Below are positions 37,932-52,608 of a stretch of DNA of 64,000 nt, piece after piece. The notes below the pieces were generated by a model. That model made no database searches. It was not told the origin of the DNA and saw only the letters and a list, made by a program, of their open reading frames with translations. This DNA is from Octopus sinensis (taxonomy: Eukaryota), in NCBI RefSeq assembly GCF_006345805.1, contig NC_043017.1, positions 28,830,001 to 28,894,000 on the forward strand. The letters run 5' to 3'. A program made the translations under genes and the position numbers. Each line of letters starts with the position of its first letter. The stretch's first letter is position 1.

Positions 37932-37979
37932 ATGTTGTAGATATACATGCATATATACATACATACATACATACATACA

Positions 37980-38010
<31 letters not shown>

Positions 38011-38329
38011 GCACACAGGAAGACACAATTTTAAGTTACTATATATAGGTAATGAATAGTATTTTGCTAACAATATATTTTCGTAGAGTTATAGGCTGAA
38101 GTATATGTAATAAAGTAGATCAAAATTAATGGTTGAATTAACTGTGTATTATTTCATATATAATTTGTAGTTGCATATTGGGATGTGATTAACCCGTAGA
38201 TATAGATAAATAGAGTGGAGGGGTCAGACGTCATGAACAAAATAAGTTTATTTCACTCCGGAAATGTGAAAGACGTTCTTCGATTTTTCTAAAATCGAAT
38301 AAATTTCGTGGTTATATTTACTCCATCGC

Positions 38330-38505
38330 CCCCCTACTGTTTTATCGATTTAATACTCAACAGGTACATTTATATTTCGTTGCCCCCGAAAGGGATCAAA
38401 GGTAAAGTTGATATCGGCGAAATTTGAACTCAGAACTTCCACGTGGACGAAATGCTGCTAAGCTTTTGCCCGACGTGCTAATGATACTGCTAGCTCACTG
38501 CCATA
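38330..38505 (-). mobile_element. SINE family B, diverged
   Basis: CCCCGAAAGG..GGCGAAATTTGAACTCAGAAC..GCTAATGA..AGCTC. Confidence 0.7.
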
Positions 38506-39092
38506 TAAGCAAATTTAGACATTAATAAATCTGTCAGTGTGGGATGTATGTATAGAGCAGTCTGAGGAAGCGGTTAAGTATATTTATTGCCCGCTTCATA
38601 CTATATGGTTGATTGTAACATAAGATTTTCCACACTTGACATTTAGGGATTTAAGACGGCAAAAAGTTTTATAACCTCTTAAGTAGCTGATGTCCGTAGT
38701 GTGTTGTACGGGTTAGCTATACTGAATTGTCTTTCATTTGCGGATAGGTAGGGAAAACGTTTTATAATGTTATTTCTAATTAGTTTGATAATTGATATTA
38801 ATGTTTCTTCATTTGTCTGGCGAACGAGAAAGTATTTACCTATGCTAAATCTCATATCAATTTCTACATTATTGATCGATACTGGAATTGGCTGTAATTA
38901 TTATTTGTCATAACTTGTGCGAATGTTATAATTAATTATTTTTCTATGGGGTCGTCTGAGGCTGATGTATAAATTATTTTAATTGTTCAGTCATAGGAGT
39001 GCAGTTATGTTGGAAGATATGCAGGAACTATTTTCTGGTGTCTTACATGTTGACGTATATTTATTCTTAAGCAACACTTATGATATATATAT

Positions 39093-39326
39093 AGCTTCTT
39101 CACATGCAGCCACGCCTGCACCTATATGTATATATATGTATATAAATGTATGTATATATACATATAGGTGCAGGCGTGGCTGCATGTGAAGAAGCTTGCT
39201 TCGCACATGATTCAGGGCCCAGTCCATTCGCGTGGAAACTTAGACGAGTGCCTTCTACAATGTGTTAGGCCGACCAAATCCTTGTGAGTGGATTTATTAG
39301 ACAAAACTGAGGGAAGTATATATATG

Positions 39327-39330
<4 letters not shown>
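39093..39330 (+). mobile_element. SINE family A 5' half (from ~39167) with a 44-bp perfect inverted duplication of its head
   Basis: 39093-39136 is the exact reverse complement of 39153-39196. Confidence 0.85.
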
Positions 39331-39366
<36 letters not shown>

Positions 39367-39389
39367 CACACATATATATATATATATAC

Positions 39390-39438
<49 letters not shown>

Positions 39439-39464
39439 TATATACATATATAATATATATATAT

Positions 39465-40310
39465 ATCAGCCTTAAGAAGACCAACATCATGGGCCAGGCT
39501 ACATCGGACATCCCAAACATACATATTGGAGACCACAGATTACAAGAGGTGGAGAAGTTTACCTATCTGGGCTCTACCGTCACCTACAACCTATCCTTGA
39601 CGCTGAGCTCAATATACGCATTGGCAAGGCAGCTGCTGCGATGGCCCAACTCTCCAAACGGGCTTGGGACAACAATAAGCTGACCAAGACCACAAAAATG
39701 AATATCTACCAGGCATGTGTACTCAGCACTCTACTGTATGGAAGCGAGACCTGGACGCTATACACACGCCAAGAGCGTCGCCTAAACATCTTTCACCTGC
39801 GCTGCCTCCGAAAAATCCTCCACATCAAATGGCAGAATCATATCCCCAACAAAGATGTCCTCAGGCAAGCAGGAATACCAAGCATGTTTGCACTCCTCAC
39901 ACAAATACGTATGAGATGGCATGTTAGCCGTATGAAAGATGGCAGAATCCCCAAGGACATACTCTACGGAGAGCTTGCTAGGGGTACTAGGTCTGTGGGT
40001 AGACCGATCTTGCGTTACAAGGATGTTTGCAAAAGGGATATGAAGGCCTGCAACATCAACATTAGCGGTTGGGAGGCAGTCGCCGGCAACCGTGGAGAAT
40101 GGCGACGTACAGTAAAAGAGGGTATACAGAGGAGTGACAGAAAGAGAGAGGAGAAATGGAAAGAAAGGAAGAGACATAAACTAGAGACCATGGCACTACA
40201 ATCAGCCAGGAACAGTCTTCGCTACATTTGCAGTACCTGCCAGAGGGAGTGTTTGTCCAGGATAGGACTACACAGCCACAGCAAGAAATGTAACAGGAAA
40301 TAAAATATAA
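39465..40310 (+). mobile_element. RTE-clade LINE 3' fragment with C-terminal zinc finger
   Basis: VEKFTYLGS (frameshift) ..[54 protein letters not shown]. Confidence 0.93.
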
Positions 40311-40334
40311 CAGCCGGACTAGACCTAGAAAAAA

Positions 40335-40734
<400 letters not shown>

Positions 40735-41307
40735 TTCATCGTCATAACACGTGGAGATGGAGTAGTTGTTTCCTTCAAATAGCCGCTCTTCCCTTAATAT
40801 TTATTATTCGTAACAGTGACTTGGATTCCATACGGTAATCAAATACACGGCACGAACGAATCTATGGGGGATATGATAAATGAGAACATTTTCGTTTTCT
40901 GAGATTTGAAAAATCGATAAGTTAATTGTCGTGACATTTTTGAAAAAAAAAAAGAACTCTAAGAGTTCTTGTATTTGTTTTGGTTGAAATTTTAACTTCT
41001 TGAAATTTCGTAGTACGTATATACCTTCGCAGACAAACCAATATAATTCTTTTCATACGTCATATATGTGTATGTTTGCGTGTATAGGCCTGTTTCTCTC
41101 TTGATATGTGTATGTAGAAGTGTACTTTCCTAATTATATGCGGAGTGTGTAGGCGTGTGTGATTATTTCTCAGTTTACATGTGCTCGTACATATTTCATT
41201 AAGGTTCTGTGTAGGTTTTGGATACAGCGTTGACAAAATATATCGTATTTATCATATAGAACTTGCCACCATGTGTTATTAGCTGAAGAACTGATTATTA
41301 GTATCTG

Positions 41308-42060
41308 TTTCTTTATTACCCACAAGGGGCTAAAGATAGAGGGGACAAACAAGGACAGAGAAACGGATTAAGTCGATTTCATCGACTCCAGTGCGTAACT
41401 GGTACTTAATTTATCGACACCGAAAGGACGAAAGGAAAGTCGACCTCGTCGGAATTTGAACTCCAGCGTCGTAATGAGTTAGCACCACCACTTGACAACC
41501 TTACTGGGTTGGTTTGTTTACGTCCGCGTAATTTAGCCTTTTCGGCAAAAAAAATTAATAGAGTAAGAACCAGGCTTTAAAAAAATGCGTTGGAAGTCGA
41601 TTCATTCACCTAAAAGTCAATGATAGTGGTGTCCCGTTATGGCTGCAATCCAATGACTAAAACAAGTTAAAGACGAAAGATGAAAGATATAGAAATGCGA
41701 GTGTCGTTGACTAACATTAGGAAAGCGGTGATATAAAGCATGGGGACGAAAATTCTTCCAGGGATTACAAATCGGCAACATTCTGGTATATTCTTGTCCT
41801 CTGAGACAAGGAGATGGAATGTGTGATATGTAATATATGGAATGGTCTAAGGCGACGAGCTGGTAGAATCGTTAGCACGCCGGACAAAGAACTTAGCGAC
41901 ATTTCGTCTGTCCTTACGCTCTGAGTAAATTCTGCAGAGGTCGACTTTGCTTTTCATCCTTTCGAGGTTGATGAAACAAGTGCCAGTTACGCACTGGGGT
42001 CGATGTAATGGACTAGCCCCTTCCTCCACTACATCAACCCTTGTGCCCCTTGTATAAAGG
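41308..42060. mobile_element. SINE cluster: B minus (41308-41465), decayed A 3' half (41485-41690), B plus (41850-42060)
   Basis: Consensus blocks recognisable in each. Confidence 0.8.
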
Positions 42061-42510
42061 ATTATTTAGAATGTTCTCTGGGAAGTGAAGGTTCTGCTAA
42101 TCTAATTTTAAATTACAAATGAACAACGCGTGAAATCGAGAAATTATGTAAAAGATTTTGATACAAATTACCAGATTATAGGAACGTAAATTATACACGC
42201 TTGTTATAATGAAGGGATTTATGAATGATTACAAAGTCCAATATATAGTCAAAATATTTGAAAAATGTCTGCAGATCGTAAAATTATATAAGGGAAGTAT
42301 TTCTACCTGACCATCTACTAATGAATACCAAGTACCCATTTCAAATATAGATATTATGGATTCTTAACATTGAGACGGGGATCAAACATCTTTGGGAAAA
42401 ACAGAAGAAATGAAGATCGTAAATTCGGAATCTAGTAAATGAAATTAAATACTATAGGTAATTAACTTTGTCGATTTAAAGATTCTGCCATCCAGCGAAC
42501 ACAAATATAT

Positions 42511-42740
42511 TTCTTTATTGCTCACAAGGGGCTAAACATAGAGAGGACAAACAAGGACAGACAAACGGATTAATTCGATTACGTCGACTCCAGTGCGAAA
42601 CTGGTACTTTTATTTATCGACCCTGAAAGGATGAAAGGCAAAGTCGACCTCGGCGGAATTTGAACTCAGAGCGTAACGACAGACGAAATACCGTTAAGCA
42701 TTTCGCCCGGCGCGCTAACGTTTCTGCCAGCTAACCGCCT
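42511..42740 (-). mobile_element. SINE family B with 20-bp TSD
   Basis: TCCAGCGAACACAAATATAT at 42491-42510 and 42741-42760. Confidence 0.95.
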
Positions 42741-42941
42741 TCCAGCGAACACAAATATATTAAACAGAATAGTGCCATTTTGGCCAAATGAAAACATCTT
42801 GTTTGCTTTCGTGTACAATCCATTAAACACACACCTGTAGTTCATGTATCTGAATATTCCTGCTGCTAATCCGGATCGGATGACATTGTGACCAGCGATG
42901 TGTAGTAACATCTGATAGCCTGGTCGGTCACGGTGATCACA

Positions 42942-42984
<43 letters not shown>

Positions 42985-43796
42985 TTATGTATGTATGCAT
43001 GTATGTATGTAAACGAGCATAATTTTCTATGTATGCTTAGTATAATGTGTTAAGGTATTCGGAAGCAGCTGACTGCGTATCACCTCCACCCTGAGGCTAA
43101 ATTATGTATCTGCTATTCTTCATTGTTTCATTCCAGGTGTCTTAACACGTGATGAAAACCAAACCCGTTTGTTCAATCCCTGTTTCTTGTTCAAGTACTA
43201 AAACTCTTAATTCTTTCTTCACGTCAACCTGCTTGGTGAATTACAGCAACCATTTATCTCAACATTCTGGGAAGCCTTGCATTATCATTTAAAAATATAA
43301 TTACGCCTTGTATAAATAAATCCATAAACCCTTCTGACGTAGGTTCTATATAATTCTGTAATATTCAGCAAAACTATACTTGCGGTTAAAATGTTCGATG
43401 TAAAACGATTTCATTTTGCGTTCAGTCTTCAACAGCGGAAACGGTTGCAAGCCACATTCAGCATAACTTTGAGTGTGTTGGATGTGTAAGTTTTCCGTGT
43501 AAATGTAGGTTTTCCGTGTACAATGAAACTCTGCAGAACACCATCATTTCAGAGGAAGGTAAAAAACATATCCCTCGTCGTCTACTTTTCTCTCACACTA
43601 CATACATATATACATACAGGCATGCGTGTGTGTGTGTGTTCGAATTTAGGGAATGGAGCAGGTGAAATTCAAACTACATATGTTTCCTAGCTAACGTAAC
43701 TTCGAGAGTAGAAATTAACGAGTACTCCAAGTAGCTACTCATTAGGACGATGGTACTTTAGTTAAATGATGGTGCTGCATGAGCCGGTGTATACAT

Positions 43797-44210
43797 AAGG
43801 CTGTGTGGTAAGTAGCTTGCTTACCAACTACATGGTTCTGGGTTCAGTTCCACTGCGTGGCACCTTGGGCAGGTGTCTTTTACTATAGCCTCGGACCAAC
43901 CAAAGCCTTGTGAGTGGATTTGGTAGACGGAAACTGAAAGAAGCCCGTCGTATATATGCATATATATATATATGTGCGTGTATATGTTAGTGTGTGTGTT
44001 TGTCCCCCCAACATCGCTTAACAACCGATGCTGGTGTGTATACGTCCCTGAAACTTAGCGGTTCTGCAAAAGAGACCGTTAGACTAATCACTAGGCTTAC
44101 AAATAATAAGTCCTGAGGTCGATTTGCTCAGCTAAAGGCCGTGCTCCAGCATGACCACAGTCACATGACTAAAACAAGTGAAAAGAGTAAAAGAGTAAGA
44201 GTAAGGAGTA
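43797..44210 (+). mobile_element. SINE family A
   Basis: Consensus from GGCTGTGTGGTAAG to the AGAGTAA tail. Confidence 0.92.
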
Positions 44211-44687
44211 TATACGGGTGCCAAAATATATTTATTTACAGCTGACATCGTAAATGACCTCAACCTATATTCAAAGTCCTCCTATCCAGGTTCCACCTAT
44301 GATTTAAACAGCCACGTGACAAAAATGAGTTTTTTTTTTTTCTTTAGTCTTTGCTTGCAAAGCGAAAGGGCAGCGTTCTTAATATACGTGGTACGAAAGA
44401 CAAATTATTCGAATATAAATTTTCGTTCGTAAAAATACACATACTCTCACGCGCGCGCAAACACAGGTGCGCATTGCTTTTTAAGTTCTGCGTTCAAACA
44501 CACCGAGTTTCATTCTTGCTTCTATTTAGTTGCTCACCTATTACGAAATAGCAGCTATATCTCCATCATCTCCCTATTGCCCCACCTGCACACCCTTTAA
44601 TTTTCGTAATGAGTAATGTAATGCAAGATTGTCTCATAAGACAGATAAGAAGTGAAACGTCTGATTATAAAACCTTACCTGGTGACA

Positions 44688-45285
44688 TATTTCTTTACTG
44701 CCCACAAGGGGCTAAACATAGAGGTGACAAACAAGGACAGACAAACGGATTAAGTCGATTATATCGACCCCAGTGCGTAACTGGTACTTAATTTATCCAC
44801 CCCGAAAGGATGAATGGCAAAGTCGATCTCGGCAGAATTTGAATTCAGAACGTAACGACAGACGAAATGCCTATTTCTTTACTACCCAATAGGGGCTAGA
44901 CATAGAGGAGACAAACAAGGACAGACACATGGATTAAGTTAATTATATCGACCCTAGTGCGAAACCGGTACTTTATTTATCGACCCCGAAAGGATAAAAG
45001 CAAAGTCGACCTCGGCGGAATTTGAACTCAGAATGTAAAGACAGACGAAATACCTATTTCTTTACTACCCACAAGTGGCTAAGCAAAGAGAGGCCAAACA
45101 AGGACAGACAAACGAATTCAGTCGATTATATCGACCTCAGTGCGTAACTGGTACTTATTTAATTGTCCCCGAAAGGATGAAAGGCAAAGTCGACCTCGGT
45201 GGAATTTGTACTTAGAACGAAACGACAGACGAAATACCGCTAAGCATTTCGCCCGGCGCGCTAACGTTTCTGCCAGCTCATCGCT
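44688..45285 (-). mobile_element. SINE family B head-to-tail trimer
   Basis: Three units joined at GACGAAAT(A/G)CCTATTTC; TTATAAAACCTTAC at 44665-44678 and 45286-45299. Confidence 0.92.
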
Positions 45286-45894
45286 TTATAAAACCTTACA
45301 TGGTAATAACCAATAACTCGATGTACATTGTCACCTTCATCTATATATTTGTTATTAAGAAGTTCAAGTTTTTCACTATAAAATTATCAAATATATTATT
45401 TTTTCTGTATTGTATCTTCATCTAGACTACAATATTGTAACGTTACCCAAGTAATATGATACAACGACCAATTTCTTCCTTCGGCCGATAAACTAACGTT
45501 TCCTCGATTTGGCCAACGTTAATGCTTTGTCCCTGAGTAACAAGAAATCAATTGTAAATAACATTTGCTGTTTATCTCAATGTAGCATTTTATTATAGCT
45601 AATTGCTCCTTTAAGTATCGGATTATCCAAGCGTTAAGAATGGCTTTTGATTGACTTAGAAAGTGTGAACGTATAGAACTGTAGACACAACGCTAAAAGT
45701 TTAAGCAGTTTTTTTTTTATATTTCGCCCTATAAATCTAAAACCGAATTGAAACCGATTCGTAGACATATGTCGTTGAAGCATGTGGACCATAATTTCAG
45801 GTATAATTGAACGACCGAATGAACAAAAGAAAAAAATGCGTTTCTGCTAATCACTAATATATCGGAGCGAATATTCGTTGACGAGACATAGAAT

Positions 45895-45932
<38 letters not shown>

Positions 45933-46496
45933 CATACAGACATACTGACAGAGAGAGAGAGAGGTGAAGATATTTGCGGTTATAGTAAAATGAATAGAAA
46001 GAGTGTAACCTGTAATATCTGCTAACGGAAATCTAATTACGAAGGTTATATGCAAATAAATTATTCAAAGGATATGAATATTGATTTATTGGACCCCGAT
46101 TTATGATATTGCTTTTTTTTTTTTTTGTCTAGTTGATAAAAAAAAAAAGTTTAATAGACCTGAAAATCCACATGATGTCATCAAAGAACTTACTTGTTTT
46201 GCCATTGTTTTCATAGTTTTATGTTCTATGGAGAAATCAACATTATACATATTTATGTGGGGAGACAAAATACATGTCTGTGTATTATATAGAACAGAAA
46301 TGAAAGCTCTCTCGTAAATATGCTTGCTGAAATTCTGTATTCTCTGAAGTTTCAATATTGATACAAAGATTTTTATTATTATAATTTTTTTTTTTTGCCA
46401 CTGATGGTTTTTCATGAGAATTATTCTCCTGTATGCGTGAGATGTTTTCGGAATTATTTTATTGTCATAGTGGTTTAACTAGTAATTAGGCGTCGT

Positions 46497-46770
46497 GGTA
46501 TGCTGGTCGTTGTTACATTGACGCTTTTAATGTGATTTTATTATTATTGAAGAGTCAATAATAATGAACAGCATGTTACTCACATCGCGTTCTACGTTCA
46601 AATCCTGTTAGATCCTAGTTTTTGAATTATGTTAGTATGCTGGTCGTTGTTACGTTGAAACTTTCAATGTTATTTTTTATTATTATTGAAGAGTCAATAA
46701 TAATGAACATCATGTTACTAAGCTAGCGTTCTACGTTCAAATCCTGTTAGATTCTAGTTTGTTGAATTAC
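46497..46770. repeat. ~137-bp tandem duplication
   Basis: GTATGCTGGTCGTTGTTAC...GCGTTCTACGTTCAAATCCTGTTAGAT twice. Confidence 0.9.
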
Positions 46771-47093
46771 GCACAATTATGCACTGGTTTCGATTCAGTT
46801 TCGATTCAGTTTCGATTAACTTATTACCTCAAATTTTCACACTTGCCTCTACGTAAGGAAATCGTATTACAGTAAAGGATGGAGATTGAGAGAATCGTTT
46901 AAAAGTCTGACATAATGCTTTGGACTAATTCCTCCGGTTTATAACGTTCTGAGTTCAATCCAGCTGAAGTCAGTTTTGCAATCATTCCCCCCACCAGTGG
47001 TCCCTTAAATCAAACACAAGTCGTACATTGGGTTCCTTATACTGGACTACTCCGTTCCTCAAGTGTAGATTAGAAACAATCACTGCTGAAGTG

Positions 47094-47166
<73 letters not shown>

Positions 47167-47338
47167 TTACGCTACTCACCTTACGGTCATAATCCAGATT
47201 CTACCGTTCAGATTATTACTTTCATCGTGGGGCTTATATATCACCCTCTCCACACATGTACCGATATTTTTATGAACGATGTATGAACTATATGCCTTTT
47301 TGTGTGGGTATTCTTCAGCATTATCAGTAGAGTCCGGA

Positions 47339-48005
47339 AGGCAGCGAGCTGGCAGAAACGTTAGCACGCCGGCCGAAATGCGTAGCCATATTTCGTCTGC
47401 CGTTACGTGCAGAGTTCAAATTCCGCCGAGGTCGACTTTGCCTTTCATTCTTTCGGGGTCGATTAAATAAGTACCAGTTACGCACTGGGGGTCGATGTAA
47501 TAAACTTAATCAGTTTGTCTGTCTTTGATTGTCCCCTCTGTGTTTGGCCACTTGTGGGTAGTAAAGAAATAAGAATCGTCATTTTACTGATCGAAATACC
47601 AAACAGTATTTCGCCCGTCAATTGTTTCTGAGTTCAAATTCCGCCGATTTCGACATTACGATTCATCCTGCTGGATTCAATAAATAAAGTGCCAGTGACA
47701 CACTGGGTCGATATAATGGTCTAGTCCCCTCCCCTAGAATTTGAGGCCTTTTATTTCCAGTAGAAAGTATTATTGATAGAGTCGGGAGCTGGCGAAATCG
47801 TTAGCACGCTGAGTGAAATGCTTAGCGGCATTTCGTTCGTCTTTACGCTCTAAGTTCAAATTCCGCCGCGGTCAACTTTTCCTTTCATCACTTCGGGGGC
47901 TGTGAATTAAGTACCATTTGGGTACTGGGATCGATGAAATCGAATATCCTCCGTCCTCAACGTTCAGGCTTTGTACCTGTAGTAGAAAGGAGCATTAATA
48001 GAGTC
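47339..48005 (+). mobile_element. SINE family B copy (47339-47572) followed by two decayed copies
   Basis: GAGTTCAAATTCCGCCG or a close variant recurs three times. Confidence 0.85.
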
Positions 48006-48196
48006 GGGGAGAGACAAACGTGTGGGTGTCAAACAAATATTTCATGCAGAATTTTGGTAAGTTCTTTCTCATTCTGAGTCCCAATCCCGAATGACAACTT
48101 CCAATAGAATGAGTCTGTTTTTCTTTCTTCCTTTCTTTCTTTCTATCTTTCTTTCTTTCTTTTTTTTCTTTGATTGAAATCTTATAAGGTTAAATG

Positions 48197-48775
48197 TATC
48201 CTCTGTGTGAAAAGTCTGGCTACATATACGTTAGCATATGTGAGGTGCATACAACATACAATTGGCAACATAGTTAATTAAGATTTATTCAGTGAGTTCT
48301 ATTCAACACGTGTTGACACGCGGAATTAGCAGAATCATCATTAAATAAAGATGGGATTAACTTTGGATGGGATCCGCATATTGCAAATGGACAATGCGAG
48401 ACCACATATTGTCAACAATTTGGATGCTTCTATTGCCGAAGTAATAGCTCGTCACCCGACAGTGCAACTTTTATTGCAACCGCCTCAAAGCCCGGATTTA
48501 AATCCATTAGATGAAGGCATTTTCAAAGGTTGGGCCGATAAAGTTAAACTGAAAAACCCTACAACGAGGCATGAATTGCACGAAGCCGTCTTGCAGTTTT
48601 GGGAAGAGCTGTCTGAGCGGAAAATTCGTGGATGTATTCAACATCAAACTCGTGTTCGGCGTCAAATAGGTGACTGTCGTGGTGGTAACAGATTCGTGTA
48701 ATAAATTTTTGTGTTTATTTTTGTTTTATAATATATATTTTTTCGGATGCTGCCAGACTTTTCACACATTCTTCC
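48197..48775 (+). mobile_element. Internally deleted Tc1/mariner element of DD39D type
   Basis: ORF 48351-48701: DNARPH...QPPQSPDLNPLD with 39 residues between the last two catalytic Asp; 17-bp inverted repeats TGTGTGAAAAGTCTGGC (48204-48220, 48752-48768). Confidence 0.85.
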
Positions 48776-49559
48776 ACATTTTTCTAGTTTAATTAGTTGC
48801 ATCATGTATATTATATTGGTTTATAGTGGTTCCATATTATGGCAGGAGGTCAGCGATTTGAGGGGAAGAAAGGATGAGTCGATTACATCGACCCCAGTGC
48901 TCAACTGTTACTTATTTTATGGACCCCGAAGGCATAAAAGGCGACGTTGACCTAGTCAACTTTTTCTCGGCGAGCTTAACGATCATGCCAGCTCACCATC
49001 GTTATCATATATGTTATATTATCATTTCGATTGTGTTAGAAAATGAAAAGTATAATGTAAAAAGCATTCTGTTCTAGGAAGAAATATATTGATTATTGAA
49101 CTAAATAAATGCGAAGGGTATGATGATTAGTGGGTATCTTATCTTGAGAAAAATCTCTTTGCGTGAATATGTTACAGAGTGAAATATCTGGCTATTTTAC
49201 AAAGGAAATCGGAAATTTTGAGAAAACAAATTCTTGGCAGTATCAGACATAATCAATGTGAAAATTTTACTGAAGTTTGGTTACATACACGAGCTTCTCT
49301 CTGCGTGAGACTTCATTGAATATGAATGATGAACAGCTGATAAATAACTTTAAGTAAATTGACTTAAATATAACAGAAGTAAAACTAACAACGGATAGTG
49401 TGTACCAGACACACTCTGATAATATTGTTTCCCTCCGTTGATAAAAAAGATGTAGAATTTATGTTCATTGGGACACGGTGAAATACTGGTCTAAGAGAGG
49501 GGTTACTAACGTGAATAGCTAGTTTTACTACTTGGTAATAATTATATTCATACCGTATT

Positions 49560-50066
49560 TTGGTGTTCCTTTATTTCTGAGCAGAAACCTTACCGATGTT
49601 TGGAATCATTCCTGTAGGTATTATGTAGCATCCAGAACCGTTCCTTGGTATGATAAGAAAGGGATGTCAGAAATAGCTAGATAATATTCCAGGAGAACAT
49701 CCAAAAAATTGTGTTGAGAAGTACTGCCCACATTCTTAGAAAAAAAAAACCTATCAATTTAAATGCATGTGTTAATAATTGTTAAAGTGATCAACAACGA
49801 TAGCTAATGGTAGTGTCGGCGTGTAATTTAATGGGAGCTTCTTTGCCTCTTTGCTTGAGCTTGCCTCTTACGAAGGTTGCTTTAGCACACTAATCAACGC
49901 CAAAATCCATTCCGATGTCAATGTTGATATTTCGCTTGTGCCCCGGTCTCTTGCCCTCCCCAAGCTTTCAGTCATAATGTGAAATCTCTTACTATTCACT
50001 CACCTAAGGACACTGGGTGAGTCTCAGCGTGTGATTGTAACAAACAGGCAGATAAAAAGAATATAG

Positions 50067-50100
<34 letters not shown>

Positions 50101-50101
50101 A

Positions 50102-50152
<51 letters not shown>

Positions 50153-50160
50153 TAATAATA
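49560..50160 (+). mobile_element. R4/Dong-like LINE 3' end running into (TAA)n
   Basis: LGMIRKGCQK*LDNIPG / IQKIVLRSTAHILRK C-terminus; 3' UTR repeated at 52045-52263; (AAT)n tail. Confidence 0.65.
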
Positions 50161-52044
50161 GAAATAAAGTAATAAATAAAAAATATTAAGATTCACATAA
50201 AAAAAGGCTCCAAAAATCTTAACAGCAGATGCATACATGTTGAGACTCTTGAAAAAGCTTGAACGCGTGCTAGAATAACAATCAGAAAAACACAAAACAA
50301 CACCGTATACCAAACGAAGATAAATAAGGATTGTTGTACATCAGAAACAAAGCATAAATAAAACAATATTCAGTACAATTTACAGAATGAGATTTCTGAT
50401 AAAAGATTGGAGTAAAAACGAAGTAAAGATACGATGAAAATTGTAAACAAGATCTATTATGAAAAAGAATTACGTAATACCTTCAAAATAACTGATAGCT
50501 TGTGTCCCACTGGGTGTTGAATAAATTCCAAAGTCCTTGCTAAGATGCACAGCATATACAAAAGATTCGGTGGAATAAACATAGAGAAATTTAGTAGAAT
50601 ATCGGAGTCAATAAGTTTGCTAAAGCGACTCACGTACTTCACCTTTAAACATGCACAGCAGGAAGAAAATACAAGATGGAAGAATATTGAATGTGTTCTG
50701 TACATCTGGAAATCGATAACACCTTAAAAGGAAAGATGACATCGTGTCTATATTCGAGGCACGTAGTAAAACGGTATGTAGTAGCAATCCGGTGAAAATA
50801 ATCTGGATGTGAGGAATGCCTGTTTCGACTTCAAGACAATGGATGTCGGCACTCCAAATATACAATATTTATAAGAAGCAGTCTCCGTGATAAACTACGT
50901 ACTATATGTTTATCTGGTTATTTGTTGGTGGGGCGGTGTTACCATGACATACAGACGTAAAATGTCGAGGAAGAAGTATTTTAGAATAGAAATAAGCAAT
51001 GTGCGGAATACGAAAGAAAAAAAACACAAAAATTAAACAACAATTAGTATAGTATTAGCTATCTTTATGAACTTTGACATATGCAAAAAAGATAATCCTA
51101 AAATACAGCCAAAGTCTCGCCTAAAGCCTAGGTTTGGGCGTTGAATTCATAAACTCGACTCTGTAAGTAACATATTTGCACGCCTCTAACCACACGCCTG
51201 AATGATATCCGATAACATAGGAGGATCCACAGAGTCCATATTATCCCCATTCGCAACCTAATAAATTTATACATATTCTTTTAATAAGTGTCTTTGGGTA
51301 TTCAAATCCTTTGGTCTGTTATGAATTGCAACCAATTCATGTATAATTATACCGTCTAAAATAAAGAAGCCCACATGGTAAGCTATAACCTCTGATACTC
51401 CTAAATAGATGGAATGAAGATAGTTGGGATGCGTTTCAGTATATGTTTGCGGATGAATGCTAACCAGGATGTAAAAACATTGACATCAAACACACCAGAG
51501 CAACTCACACAACTCGCAGTTAGCGAACTTACTATCAAACTATAAAACACAACCCACACATGTAAGCTATTTCTATCATCGCCCATTTCATAATACAGCG
51601 CATACAATACCATAAAGCCATAAAGAGAAGTGATCCAAGATTAACACTGCATCTAATGATAGAAAAATAGCAATATAGTCAAATCAATGCAGCTTGAAAG
51701 CAAAACAATACAGCAAACACACGAGGAACTAAATAAGCAAGTTATGATGCAGTGGAATCCCATATGATCTTGTTGAAAATATTTACGGTTCCCTTAAGCC
51801 AGTGTTCATTCTATACATGATATTTTGTATTTAATATTTAACGTTAAAACAGTATTGGACTGCAGGAAGTGACGGTATTAATTGCTTCGATGCGAAATTT
51901 GGAGTTGAGTCTAGTTTTTAGAATGATTTGTATTCTTCTGTAATACTCCCTTCGTATTTTTTCCTTCATAGTAGCATGTTGTATAGCGTCTCCTTCGTTT
52001 ATCCCCAGGTATTAATAGCTTCCTTGTGGACCAAGCTCCCTTAT

Positions 52045-52450
52045 GGTAGTATCGGTATCTAATTTAATGGGAGCTCTTTGCTTGAGCTTGCCTCTTACAA
52101 AGGTTGCTTTAGCAATCTGATCAAGGCCAAAATCTATTCCGATGTCATTGCTGATATTTCGCTTGTGCCCCGGTCTCTTGCCCTGCCCAACCTTTCAGTC
52201 ACAATGTGAAATCTCTTACTATTCACTCACCTAAGGACACTGGGTGAGTCTCGGCGTGTGATTCCGATGTCATTGCTGATCTCTTTAACCGTTATTAACA
52301 TCCCTACTATATCTTCGTCATTTCTAGCAAACAGCTTCAGATCGTTCATGTAAAACAGATAATATTATACATTTTTAACCCATACTTGGTGTTATTCAGT
52401 TCGTTTGAGAACGGAGCCACTAGTGCTATGCAAAAGAATAATGGGAAACA
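52045..52450. mobile_element. Second copy of that 3' UTR (plus) joined to a reverse transcriptase fragment (minus)
   Basis: 52045-52263 is similar to 49810-50036; minus strand YMNDLKLFARN at ~52320-52352. Confidence 0.7.
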
Positions 52451-52529
52451 ACTAGCTTGATGTTGATGTTGTTAGATTGGCTCATCCCATTACTATGGTT
52501 GTGAAGGAGACGTATAATCCACTTGGCTA

Positions 52530-52539
52530 TGCTATTATT

Positions 52540-52574
<35 letters not shown>

Positions 52575-52576
52575 TA

Positions 52577-52608
<32 letters not shown>

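Noticed and set aside
44688-45285. Regularly spaced repeats resembling a CRISPR array
   Set aside because: Whole ~184-bp units are homologous SINE bodies with no unique spacers; eukaryotic context, no cas genes.
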